Shown here in pieces: positions 48,220 to 60,548 of a stretch of DNA of 64,000 nucleotides. The stretch is from Botryllus schlosseri (Eukaryota): assembly GCA_051294905.1 (NCBI GenBank), contig CM119372.1:25918001-25982000 (forward strand), read 5' to 3'. Below the pieces are notes generated by a model, which saw only the letters and a list, made by a program, of their open reading frames with translations, did no database searches and had not been told where the DNA came from. The translations under genes and the position numbers were made by a program. Position 1 is the first letter of the stretch. Each line of letters opens with the position of its first letter.

Positions 48220-50028
48220 CAGTGATGAGCGGACTGTAATATTTTTCGGTCCAAGTCCAGTCCTGAAAATTTTCAATTCAGTCCTAGTCCATCCTGATCC
48301 AAAAATATTTTCCAAATTTACTGTCCAAGTCCGGTCCTGAAAATTTTCAATTCAGTCCGACTCCATCCTGATCCAAAAATATTTGCCAGATTTTCAGTCC
48401 AACTCCATCCTGATCCAAAAAAATTCAAAATCTAAAGTCCAGTTCTACAACTGAAAAACAGGACATGTTAGGGCGGTTATAAACATTGCACACCCAATTC
48501 GATTGAATTCCAGCTTGTAGAAGCGAAGGTATAACAACACGAGAATTTTCAATATACTAAAAGTAGCCTATATATAGGCTACACATTTTTGATAGTGGCT
48601 GCCCCGTCCCTACGAAGTTTTGTAAGAAATTGGTGCATTACATGTTAAATTCAATTCCAACCAATGAAAGCGTTAAAATCGTGGTATTTACTGTGGGAAA
48701 TTTTTTCATCGATAATTATCGCAACCCTATTCAGAACTTGAATATACAATTGACTGATATATTCATATTGACATTTACCCAAACATTTTCAGCAGACACC
48801 CATCAGGGATAATCGTCAGCAACTAGTAGAGAATTGCAAAGAACCTTGTGTATCAACAGTTGTATCACAAAACATGACAGGCAAAAATATGTCATCCGAA
48901 AATATCTAATATGAATATACTATTCAATACTACACCTACACCGGCTGGAATCCAACCAGTAGCATCTTTAGCCAGTAAATTTGAAAAAAGAAGTTATTTC
49001 TATCCAAAACTAATGTACTTATACTAAACAAATGACTAACATATTCACTTTCAGGGGTCACCATACAAAAAACTTGCCATAGTAGTTTGTTCCATGAGCA
49101 CATAAAATATTATAGACGAAAGAACCAGTCGAATCACAATATATAGGTGAGCAACTACTACTGCCCAAATATCTTGTGAAATAGTGCCAAATTATCTCAA
49201 GTATGCTGATGTTCTGCAAAAGGCATTAAGCATTGTAATACCATCAAGCTTACTTAAGGCTGCAGAGAGAAGATTGTACCACCACGACTTAGACGATAGA
49301 ATTCGTGCTATTCTACTATAGGGTTGAATTCAACTCAAGTTGAATCAAGAAGTCTACAACAGCAAAAGTGGCACGAATATAGCATACGAACTAGGAAAAC
49401 TTTTCCTATGGATCAGCAAACCTAGTAGTATCTCGACTCGACCTAAATCCATGTGTCCAGAAAGAGAAACATATTAGCCCAGATGGAGAAGGATTCTTAA
49501 CAGTATACGAACAGGCTGTTTGCACTTGCGCCACTTGGCACCTTGACAGCAGATAAAGTGACCTGGTTATGCACCTATACGCGAACATCAATTTCCTATC
49601 TCTACAATTCTAACATCAAATACTTCCTTAGGTGCTCATGTAAACAGCACTTGATCTAATGTGCTGTTAACAAATTTAAATTGCTCTGGTTGAAGATGAA
49701 GAAATTCGAAAGTGCCAATGTGCCAAACGGGCATCCTTAAAAGACGGAACAACGGAAACAGCGGTGCTAACCAGCATGCAAATGTGCCAAAATTCCGTAA
49801 TTTGGCTTCTAAATGCGTCAATTGGAAACACTGGCAATAATTCTTCTCTCCCGCTGCCCCTCACTTCTGGTTACGAAACCAGCGTGCCCGAGTCCGGATT
49901 TTGAAATGCTCAAAATCCAAGTCCAACCTGTTTTTAAAAAATCACAATCCGGTCCAATCCGGTACCAACGAAAATAACCCATAATCCTGATCCTGTCCAA
50001 TCCAAGTCCAATCCAATGCTCATCTCTG
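48220..50028. mobile_element. Non-autonomous hAT element with AGTCC/ATCC subterminal repeats
   Basis: CAGTGATGAGC...GCTCATCTCTG; TSD GTATATAG (48212-48219 / 50029-50036). Confidence 0.88.
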
Positions 50029-52021
50029 GTATATAGTAGCCTACCTGCAGACTTGGGAAAATAACCAAGTTATCCATGACTGCCCAGCCCCTTAACCTTG
50101 GCTAAACAGAGAAATCTACCTTAAACAATCTGGTTCAAAGGCCTGCCACCTTTTTGCTGCGCAGACAGGTTTAAAAATTTCACTTGGCGGACCGGTCTTC
50201 GAAAAGCCGAAATGTGAAATAATGGCGTTTGAATGCATTTAAAACAAATGGCTGTTTAATACACTTTGTTTAAGACATGTTTTAACGGTGCTTTAAAAAC
50301 ACATTGCAAAGCGTTCTTCGTAAATCTCTAATCATGTCACGGGCCGCAAAAATGACCTCACGGGCCGCGTGTTGGTGACCCCTTCTCTAAAGGGTGCCCA
50401 GCAGCGTATTTACATACCAGTTTCGAATAAAGAGAGTACAATGATTTTTGAAAACATTTAGTAGTAATCTTGGCCGCTATAATTCTGAATGTTCACTAAA
50501 CTTGCAAGAGTATTCGAACCTTTCGTGACCCAGGATAGAACTATACACCGGTCCACATACCAAAGATTGCCGACCAAGTGGTCTAAGTTCTACATAACAC
50601 CTTCTTGTATAAGCCCTACTTCTAGAGAATATAGGCTACTTCTTCTATTCAATCTATTCAAATTATAGTACAGACACCGCATCTCGTGATGAAATGGTAT
50701 TCACCCAATGATCAGAACAGGAGGCCTGCTATGCTGTGAACCTACGTCCTGCATGTAGTAGAACACTCCTCCGATTAAATCAACAACCTACTGACCTCAT
50801 TCATCGGTTTGGAAGTTAAAGTTCAAAGCGCACTCCAGTTTACTTGAATATCGACTGTGACAGTAAGTCGAAGTTATGCCTGGTACATCAAGTTACCACG
50901 CTGGTGACCTATGTTGCCCAGGTCATCAGAAATACAGAGAAATGTATTTTCTTATATCATGTTTCAAAAGGATATTTCGATTCCAAATCATTCTAAGTAC
51001 CACTCTCAATTATAAGCCGTTACCGTTGCAGTAAATGTTTTCTGGGGATGGAGGATGTATAAACGCTGATTGTCGGGGAATATGTTAGGAATATACATTT
51101 CACGGATTGTTCTGGCCTCTGCCTGGAAGAAAGTTGAAACCAGCACGAATAAGATATCAATAACTGCATGTCACTAAACTGATACTAATATGATTTCTGA
51201 CGGTACGTATCCGCACCTGCTTTAACTATTGGGAGTGTCGGTTAAAACTCCGGAAACCACCAAACATGTGCAAAGCAACTGCGTGTGAAACAGCGCATGC
51301 CTGTCCCCGAGTGAATGCTCTCGAATACATATAACGACTACACAACGCCCATCCGATCATCCCTGTCGATTTAAAATCTCCAACATTTCAGAAATATTGT
51401 TGAATAATAATGTGTAGACGCCATAAAAAATACAACACCAGGTAAAATAGCATACGCGCGCATCTTTCATGCACACTCAATCAAGCAAGCAAAAGCAATT
51501 AGTCATAAACTCGACGCACTGACGCATTCATACCAGCATCCCTTTATATACTTGCATATTCGTCTCGTTTAATTACTTCAGACGGGGAGTTACCCGCGTG
51601 GCCTGGCCCTGTTGTTGTTTTGGCATTCATGGTGTTTCAACTGCTATGTTTCTTCCCACTGACGTGATATTTAGTCGCTGCCTCAGTGGGATAAGGTGGG
51701 CGTGCTACAGTGGTCATGGTCACGGTATAGCTCAGTAATTAGCGCACTTGTCTGCCAAAAATGTACGCATTGTAGTTGAGGAAACGCAACTTTTTGCAGT
51801 TTCACCGATAAGTGAACTCATATTGCCTTCATAGATCAGTCAAACTGAGCTGACTGCAGAGAATAACTCCGTTACCTTGCTTCGTGTTCGTGGCAACATC
51901 AACAATCGAAAGCACTAATATAGGCATTTAAACCAATCGTTCTTAAACGGGGTTCACTTCACACATACACCAGCGGTCCTTTAGTCTCAGGGATTCGCCG
52001 CAGGTCGACACATACACAGTT

Positions 52022-52050
52022 ACACACACACACACACACATACACACACA
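52022..52050. repeat. (CA)n microsatellite
   Basis: ACACACACACACACACACATACACACACA. Confidence 0.9.
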
Positions 52051-52075
52051 GCCGACCCATATAATTGGTGATGAC

Positions 52076-53330
52076 TAGGGCGATTTTCTTAACCTAAAAA
52101 GTCAAAATTTTGACATTTTTTTACCTAAAAAATTTAATTTTGACCAAATTTCGACCTCATGTATGTAAATTAGGTGTTTTTCCACATAATGTTAGAACAC
52201 AACTTATCTTAATTTCTATGGTTGGAACTGTCTGTCCTTACGAAACAGTTTCACATGAAAAAATTTTTTGTCTCAAAAACAGACATATTTTTCCACGAAA
52301 TCTGGCCCTATCAAGAATTCCAGTAGGTACATTACGCGTTATGGTAGAAATAATTAAAACAAATTGTCGTACAACGAAAGATGCTTTCCTACATTCTCGA
52401 GTAGGAAGTGTCTGTCCTTACTAAGTAGCTTGCCAAGAATGGAGGAAGAACGTGAAACAGCAGCAGTTGTTAGCTGCCAACACTGAAGTTGTGCGTACAC
52501 TGCTGGTGACAAACCGCATTGCTTCATTCTGGCAATGGTGTGTGCTAGTGCGGAGCAAGGACCGGAGCCGGATTGGATATCCAGCCGGATTTTTTAAATT
52601 TTGGCCGGACCGGATCGGCGCCGGATGAATACTTTTTCTGATACGGCCGTAGCCGGATCGGAGCCGGACCATTACTTTTTGATAAGGCCAGAATCTTTAT
52701 GGATAAGCATGACGTTTGTAACTAAATAACTACCAACCAACCAACCAACCACACGCAAGTAACCGCCAAGCCAGTGCGAACATAAACGAGCCACATTTAT
52801 AAATTCACGGAACCCCCGTACCGTGTTGGACAGGATTTTCGACCGGAGCCGGATTGGAGCCGGATCAGTACTTTTTCCTGATACGGCCGGAGCCGGACCA
52901 GAGAATTGACAAACCGGATCGGAGCCGGACCAGAGAATATTTGTCAATCCACTCCGCACAAGTATATCACCATTTTTCATCATGCGCTTCTTGATATAAG
53001 AACCATGCAATGCCCACGCAGTGTTGCTTCAGTTGGGATATTGCGGTACGTTGAGCATAACACCATGTCAACCTATTTGTTTCATTTGAATGTTGAAGAT
53101 TCACAATGAGCAGACAATGGGCCGTCTACAATGGCAGGCATATAAAGTAGGCTACAAGCTGTAAAGTGCCAAATTATAAGTTCACCGACAGTGCAAAATA
53201 TACGATACAAACGAAATACAGGTTACAAAAGAGTTTTAACTCGGTAAACAATTTTGACATTTTTTAACCTAACGCTACAATTTTGACCTGATATTGACTT
53301 TTTTTGACATGGCAAAAAAAAATCGCCCTA
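52076..53330. mobile_element. hAT non-autonomous element containing a CCGGA-repeat insert (about 52546-52961)
   Basis: TAGGGCGATTTT...AAAATCGCCCTA; TSD GTGATGAC (52068-52075 / 53331-53338). Confidence 0.88.
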
Positions 53331-54912
53331 GTGATGACTGATTACAAGTCTCGGTCATCATTTGCCACTGGGAATTAGGTGCGATCAGTCGTCGAATTAT
53401 CACGATGTGCTGGCAAGTCACGTGCAGTGGCGTGACACGTGCGTACCGAACAATACGATTGCACTTTCCAAGGTGTAGCCTGGCATTTTCGAACTGTTTT
53501 CTGAGAGGGGACAGCATGAGTTAGAGTGGTTCTCATACTTTTCTAGACACATCCCCCTTATCGTCATATCACAAAATGCAACCCGAATGCTACCAATCTC
53601 AACTGAAATTTTTTTTCGCGCTGTGCGCGATTTACCTCCAATTCACGCGTGTTTCTCTACACATAGACCGAATTTCATATCTTTAAATTCTCTCATCAGC
53701 GGTCATAACCTTCCATGCCATCAAACAATCTGTAGGAGTTGCTAGCATCCCGGTTGGATTTGGTGATATGACAATATTAGGCGCGAAATTTTTCACTATC
53801 ATAAAGGGAGCGTGTCTAAAAAAAATTGAGAACCACTGGCTTAGAAGCTTATGACTGTTGATGAGAGAATTCTCAAATGTGAAATTCGGAATATACACAG
53901 AGCAATAACTATGAATCGAATGTAAATCATGCCGAGCGCGAAAATAATTTTCAGTTGACTGCAGCTTTGCGCCCCCTCAGATGCTTTCACGCTCCCAAGG
54001 GAGGGGGAGCGCGCCCCCGGTTTAAGAACCACTGAGTTAGACTGATCTTCTGTAATATTCATCATAATCTTATTTCGTCTTACGCGAAAATCATGTATTA
54101 ATGGTTTTGTTCTTGTAACACGGTTTTGGTACAGAGTGAGTTCATTTTATGGAAGAGTAATCAATAGTAGTAACGTAATAGATCTGGAGTAATATTATTA
54201 ATTACACTGTTAAAAATATTCTATGCCAAATTACTGGTCTGGTCCTGGCAGCAGTTTTACGACTCTGAGGCCGGTAAATTTGAAAAATATTTTCCCGTAA
54301 ATAATATTGACCGTAATTTATTTTTACAAAGACTGACTGTTAAAATTTCTACGGAAAATTCCCGTTACTTGACGTAACGGAAAACGGCTGTAACACCAAG
54401 TTACTGGACTGGTCCAGTGCAGCAGTTTTACGCTGATGAGACCAGTAAATTCGAAATAACTCTCCTCGTAATATGATTTTACGTATGCTGACCGTAGAAT
54501 ATTTTACGGAAAATTTCCGTAACTAAACGTAACAGAAATCTGCTGTAATATCAATATACTCGTCTGGTCCCTTGCAGCAGTTTTACGTTCCAGAGACCAG
54601 TAAATTTGAATCAGGTTTATTTGATGCGGGAACACGTTAAAAAAAGTAAATGTTGATGATGACGAAAATCCAGTCTTTCTTGTGGAGATCATCAGTCAGC
54701 AGTCTCCTGAATGAAGAGGGCTTCATCAAAACTTCAGCAGCAGTTGAAGGACTCTACTTTGGGCCATGCTCTTTTGTAGGTTCTTCTATAATCTGAACAA
54801 AAATTATGCAGTCATCAACACATTTACAATTTCGAAACTTTGAGACGCTATAGTATGACATACTGCGACTATTCATATTCTTGTCAGTTTCTCGAATAAT
54901 GATGGCCTAGGA

Positions 54913-55798
54913 TAGGGGTGTCGAACAAACGGCCCGCAGGCCGCATGTAGCTTGCAAAGCAATTCTGAGTAGTTTGAAAAACCCCTGTATTTCCCAGCAC
55001 ATTTTCTAACAAATGTTGAGATATTATTGTAAGAAATACTTCCCGGAGTTCTTGCAAGGCCACAAATATCAAGATCATAGGCCGTAATATAATTATCCGA
55101 CAGTGGTGTTATGGTTTTACTCTAGTCATCATCAGGAACAAGTTGTTGATATTGACATCCAATTCCCAAGACTCCAAAAAGTGCACACTGAGTTCAGATT
55201 TTTATGAAAAAATGAGACAAAAAGTAGTTCTTCGTACAGTGAAAAAGAAACTGTTATATGCAGGTCGCATGGAGAATATAATAGTTACAAAAAATACAAT
55301 TTAAATATATTTGGACGCACTGCTGTATCACTTCAACTCAAAGGCCCCAGACAGACAGAGAAACCCGAATGACGATTAATAATGAGCCAAATTCCAACGT
55401 CTGCGTTTACAATTAAATCACTTGTGTTCCCAAGCGCATACGCCGAGTTAACGGCAGATTACGAATAAAACAAAGGGAGCACACAAATATGTCAGCTTAT
55501 TTAGTCGTTAGAGTCACTGTTTTAGCTGTTGAATTCAAAAGATCATTCTTGGAATTTTTGCCAAAATTCCGTTGTTTGCGAGTAAAGGTGCTGCTACAAT
55601 ATATCCATATGATATGATTGTGAATGTTATGTAATATACCATAATGTATACAACATTGATAATACACTATTCAAGCGAAAAGTAAGGATGGGCGTTTTGA
55701 GGTACCGTAACATTTTGGAATGATTTGACTGATCCGGCCCGCGAGGGGTTTGAAAGTTTGAATCCGGCCAGCGACGCAAGTTGAGTTTGACACCCCTG
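54913..55798. mobile_element. hAT (Buster-type) MITE
   Basis: (T)AGGGGTGTC...GACACCCCTG; TSD GCCTAGGA (54905-54912 / 55799-55806). Confidence 0.88.
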
Positions 55799-56864
55799 GC
55801 CTAGGACTTCGTACCTGAATCATCTTTTCCAGCGTGATTGCAAACTTTTCTGGCAATATTCATTTGCATCGCACGTCCAACGTATTTCGCACGGCACAGT
55901 GCTAGAAGCGAGAGGCGAAATGATCCCTTTCTATCACATAAGCATTCGACGTCATGATTCATAATGCCATAACGCTTCCATTTTCGTGTAGTTCAATGTC
56001 AGAAAATGTACTACATTCTTATAAGCCATAGCTTCTGTTCACCACTAAACTGTAACGAAAATATATACGTCTTCAGAAACAGGACTGAGAGCAACTTGCC
56101 AGGTTTGAGATCGGTTACTGCTATACCTACAATATCTGCTATCAACACCTGCAATATTCTAAAGCTTAAGTTAGGCTGTGGCTTCGAAACCCTCAATATC
56201 TTACAGCAACGCATCTTGTTATTATCCAATACGAAAACATTGCGTCGATATAATATCCATCTCGGAACATTCAGCCGCACGTGCTCAGATATGTCTGACG
56301 TCTGACGCCGCTACGTCTCGAATATGTATGATGTCATAATGTACTGTTCGCTCGATCAGCTACGAATTCATGATCAAACAATTCATAAGGCCATTCGCAG
56401 GAAAAAGGTAAAGGACGTATACTACTCTCGTCGCAATGGCAAAGGAGCAATGGCGGCTATACGCCAGCTCCGGTGTTTCGATATATAGTTTGCATCATAC
56501 ATGCGTTAAGGAGTCTACAATGGTGGCAGAACTGGTCCAGCAGATAATTACACAAAAGATCATACCTGCAGTAAAACTAAATAAGATACCGAATTCGCTT
56601 GGCATTCTACTATTGCTAGACCTTGATGTCTCAAAGGATACTATTTATAAATCGATATAAACGATGGTATCTGCAATGCCCTATGTTCGGATACCACTCA
56701 CCGATTAGCATTCAGCACGGCCATCGATGTCGTAATTTGCTTGATGATTGAAACATGATGTAATGACGAAAATCACATATATATGTCCATAATAAGACCG
56801 TAAGCGTGTAAAATGATCGAATTGTAAAGGCAATAGCAATGTTGCAAATAATGATTATCCAGTA

Positions 56865-58146
56865 CAGTGGTTCTTAACCTGGGGGTAATTACCCCCAAAG
56901 GGGTAATTTGCCAATATTTGGGGGGTAATTCAAATTGACGTTTTTTATATAGGCTACTTATAACGGTGCACTGAAGTATTTTCAAACGTAAATATGAATG
57001 TAGGCTATCATATATTTTTGAGAGCTTGTATATATTTCGTTTCACTTACCAGAGATGAGCACGGATTAGGATTAGGTTTTGAAAAAACAGGATTTGTAAA
57101 ATTTTGTCGGATTTGGATTGGATTTGGATTAGACATTTTTTTTAGAACGGATTAGGATTTGGATCGGATTTACCTATTTCCTGGGAGATTGAAATGTCGT
57201 GTGGCGAATAGCGACAAACTTGATTCAGATCAATTATTAATGTACTTATGGTTACTAAGTTATCTTGAATCAAGTGAATAGTTGGTTGTGAAAGAAAATT
57301 TTCGAATCCCTCCATTGCATAAATTAGTATTTTTTCTGAATTTCCAGTTAGAATCGGATTAGGATTGGACATGGACTTGAATATCAAAAAGTTATGGATT
57401 AGGATTAGGATTTGGATTTGAAGGTTCGGATTTGGATTGGATTAGGACATAGAAATTTCAAATCCGCTCATCTCTGTCACTTACCACACCATCCCCGCTG
57501 TGATATCATAGTAACCATTAGTGATTATGAATAACAGGGCCCGATGTAGTTTAGTATAGTACTAGGTAAGTCCAAGTCATTTTGCAGTAATGCAGATCAT
57601 ATATTGTTGCGCATGCGGGCAAATTAAAAGGCAAAAAGGGGCATCTAAGTTTAAATTTAAACCTATAATGTAGTAACAATATCGTGTAATTATAGTTGTT
57701 AGTATTTCAAGTGTAGTGGTCTAGTGTAATCTGTAAAATTAATTCTGAAATCATCAAAATGTCTTTTCGGTTCGCCTTCAAAAGGAATAACCAATCTTTG
57801 CCATGATGGCATTAAAATTCTGATCGAATTTTCCTCCAACTTATTGCTGTGAAGTAGGATTTATGCAATAGTAGCTATCAGAGCGATATAAGTTTGTGAT
57901 TGGCGATTACATGAGATGCTGTCTATTACCCTACCCTTCGATTCGACCAGTGGATAACACCAAAACAGCAGCCTTCCCATTGACATCTTTTTAATAGGCA
58001 TTTTCGTGCACATTATGACGTCATATTTGTGCTGTTTTATCATTAATTGATTGCAAGCTGTAATTTGTTATTTTTTGAAAAGGGGTAATTGCATCCCGTC
58101 ATTTTCTTCGTGGGGGTAATGATATGAAAAAGGTTAAGGACCGCTG
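56865..58146. mobile_element. hAT MITE with GGGGTAAT repeats
   Basis: CAGTGGTTCTTAACCT...AGGTTAAGGACCGCTG; TSD ATCCAGTA (56857-56864 / 58147-58154). Confidence 0.88.
57050..57476. mobile_element. hAT MITE with GGATT subterminal repeats (nested)
   Basis: CAGAGATGAGC...GCTCATCTCTG; TSD TCACTTAC (57042-57049 / 57477-57484); same TIR class as 48220-50028. Confidence 0.92.
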
Positions 58147-59619
58147 ATCCAGTAAATCGCTTTTACGAATGCAAAAGTAAATCCGGAATACTGATTATCC
58201 AGTAAATTGCTTTTACAAATCAAAAAGTAAATCTGAAATACTGGTTATCCCGTAAATTGCTTCTACGAACTTAATCTGTAATTTTTCTAACCTTTAAAAA
58301 CAAGTAAATTTACTTTTGACGTGACCGTATATTAATTTAACAGGCATTTACCGTTAATATAACTGACGGGACGAATTTACCGGTATAATTTGGGTAAATC
58401 TACGAATATTTCTAAGAGTGTAGGCTTGGATTCGCAGTCTGTCATCTGAGTATGATCCTCATTAAAAGCCAATCCTTAGTGGAAGCTCCATCTCCATGGC
58501 GCCGCTAGCGCGGCACACACACCGGGCTACGATATCACCGGGTGTCAGTAATTATGGCGTCACAAGAGTCGACACAAAGTAAGCTTAGACCCCTGTCATC
58601 ATGATAGGCGGACGTCAAATTTTCACAAGCAACCCAAATGACACCTGAGCTTTCGGCATATCTAACACTCCATCTTTGTAGGATATAACAAATTATTGAG
58701 TGCCAGAACACCCTCGAGCTATTTACTAGCACAACCGGTACTGCTAACAGATGAAACTCAGAGACTAATTCAAACTACGTTTCTTGGTATTAGTAATGAT
58801 TATAATACAATTTTACACACGAATGAGTGAATAGATGCAAATATGAAAAGGTCGACGATATTCGCATGGATTCCCACCATGTTCATGACCCAAAGTAATA
58901 ACAGCACAGGCGGCACTTTATGTATAGGTATAAAAGTAATCGAAATATACATTCATAGCGAGGTATAACGTAAATGTCATTAGCTCAGCTTCCGGCAAAA
59001 TAGTGTCCCACGAAGGCACGTTATCGAGCGAATAAACCAGGTCTGCGTCTGCATTGATATTGCTGTAAGGCACGATAACAAACGCCGGACTGTGAGTTGA
59101 TATGGTGAATGCTTTCTCGTTTTATATTGCACTGAAGGACGGCAGGTGTCGGAGCTCTTAAAGTATATATTATGAATGGCAGCTGAATAGTGTTGATAAT
59201 TGTGCAAACGATATTGTGTTCTGGTAAAGTCGAATTAACTTGGGGAGCATTCACGCAGTTTCATCAGACGGGTTTGCCGCGCTGAACTGACTATACAGTG
59301 CAATTATAAAATAAACGGCAGAAAATCAGTACAATAAGTAGCCTACTGATTTCTTGAAGCGCGAATATCATGTACAGGCCGCTATGATGGAGTCATGGAC
59401 AATAGCAAATGTACTGTATGTGCTGTACGTGTACATTGTACACTGTACAGTGTACATGTTACACAAATACAGGGCACAATGATCCTGAATTTCTTGTTAC
59501 GAGAAAAGAGGGAAGCTTCCCGCAGTGGTACACTTCCGTACAATCATATCGTTATGATTGACATGTGGGATGTCTGGTAATACGCGACAGCGAAGGCCAT
59601 CAGTATTCATCCTGTTAGT

Positions 59620-59844
59620 TTACATCTGAACGTAAGAATCGGTGGGGGAAGTGCCGTCATATTCAGAAAGTGTTTCATCGAATTGCTGGTTAGCGTATTC
59701 CTCATCCGTTGATTGATCAGATTCATATTCTTCCGGGTCATTACTTGCTATCGGAGTCGAGCTGCAAGGCCTGTAGAATCTGAATCGGTAAGAGTATATG
59801 CTGTCCGAGTCCTCCAAAGATTGTGAGCAAAGAGATTCCCCGTT
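59620..59844 (-). CDS. Putative terminal coding exon of an unknown gene (acidic, Ser/Tyr-rich)
   Basis: Strong acceptor tttctctatcatttccag, then NGESLCSQSLEDSDSIYSYRFRFYRPCSSTPIASNDPEEYESDQSTDEEYANQQFDETLSEYDGTSPTDSYVQM*. Protein-like composition, and it lies outside recognisable repeats. Confidence 0.45.
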   Translation of the reverse strand, partial: NGESLCSQSLEDSDSIYSYRFRFYRPCSSTPIASNDPEEYESDQSTDEEYANQQFDETLSEYDGTSPTDSYVQM

Positions 59845-60001
59845 CTGGAAATGATAGAGAAATGCATTATAGGAATAAAAAGTTATCCGGTAATTTAACA
59901 AGGACCAAAACTGTCTCGTATGCCAACAGCAAATTTTGCAGCAAACAATACGTTCATATTGCCAAATTTATTCCACTCGAAGCTTTTCGACGGACTCTCA
60001 C

Positions 60002-60106
60002 CAGGAGCGAATACCAGTAAATGCGATTAATCATATTGTCACTCCGATCAATCGCAGGTAGCACATCCTTTCGCGTTACGGGTGGTAAAGATTTCGTAGT
60101 AAACAT
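60002..60106 (-). CDS. Putative upstream exon of the same unknown gene
   Basis: ATG at 60106, MFTTKSLPPVTRKDVLPAIDRSDNMINRIYWYSLL | gtgaga. A 157-nt phase-0 intron joins it in frame to 59844. Confidence 0.35.
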
Positions 60107-60548
60107 GAAAAGGGATTTCACTTATGGCAAACAATGACTCACGGAGGACCTAATTCGTTTTCAAACCAGTTACAAACTGTGCCAATTCACGGGAGATGAA
60201 AATGAACTGGACACCTGGTCGATCAAAACGTCTCGTCTTTATCAAAATCTTGCATTTCACGTTTAATAGTTACATCGGCGACTTGGCTAAGAAAAAAGGT
60301 CAACTTTCCGGCTCGACCTCGAAATTACACTTTTCCAGCTAAATTTAGGTGAGTTGACTAACAAAAAAGGTGATTTCTCCGACTTGATTCCAAAAGGACC
60401 GTAACAGCACTTCGTCAGCCCCCTCAATACGTTGGTCTTGACGCGCCCTGCATAGGCCGATAAAGCAAACTTCTGCACCCCTCAGACCAAACTCACCCGA
60501 TATCTCTTTACCGCTTCTTCTCAGCACAAATTGTTGGACTCTCTAGTT

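Larger units (their letters stand above)
54205..58420. mobile_element. CACTA/CMC(EnSpm)-like non-autonomous element hosting three hAT insertions
   Basis: TIRs CACTGTTAAAAATATTC / (reverse complement) CACTCTTAGAAATATTC, flanked by TA on both sides. Tandem subterminal repeats containing CCAGTAAAT at 54226-54610 and 58147-58400. Confidence 0.7.

Noticed and set aside
51721..51790. GGTATAGCTCAGTAATTAGCGCACTTGTCTG resembling a tRNA 5' half
   Set aside because: There is no T-arm, B box or acceptor stem; at most it is a decayed SINE head.
54433..54460. CTGATGA...GAAA hammerhead-like core
   Set aside because: Stem II does not pair and stems I/III are absent. It is a variant of the local subterminal tandem repeat.
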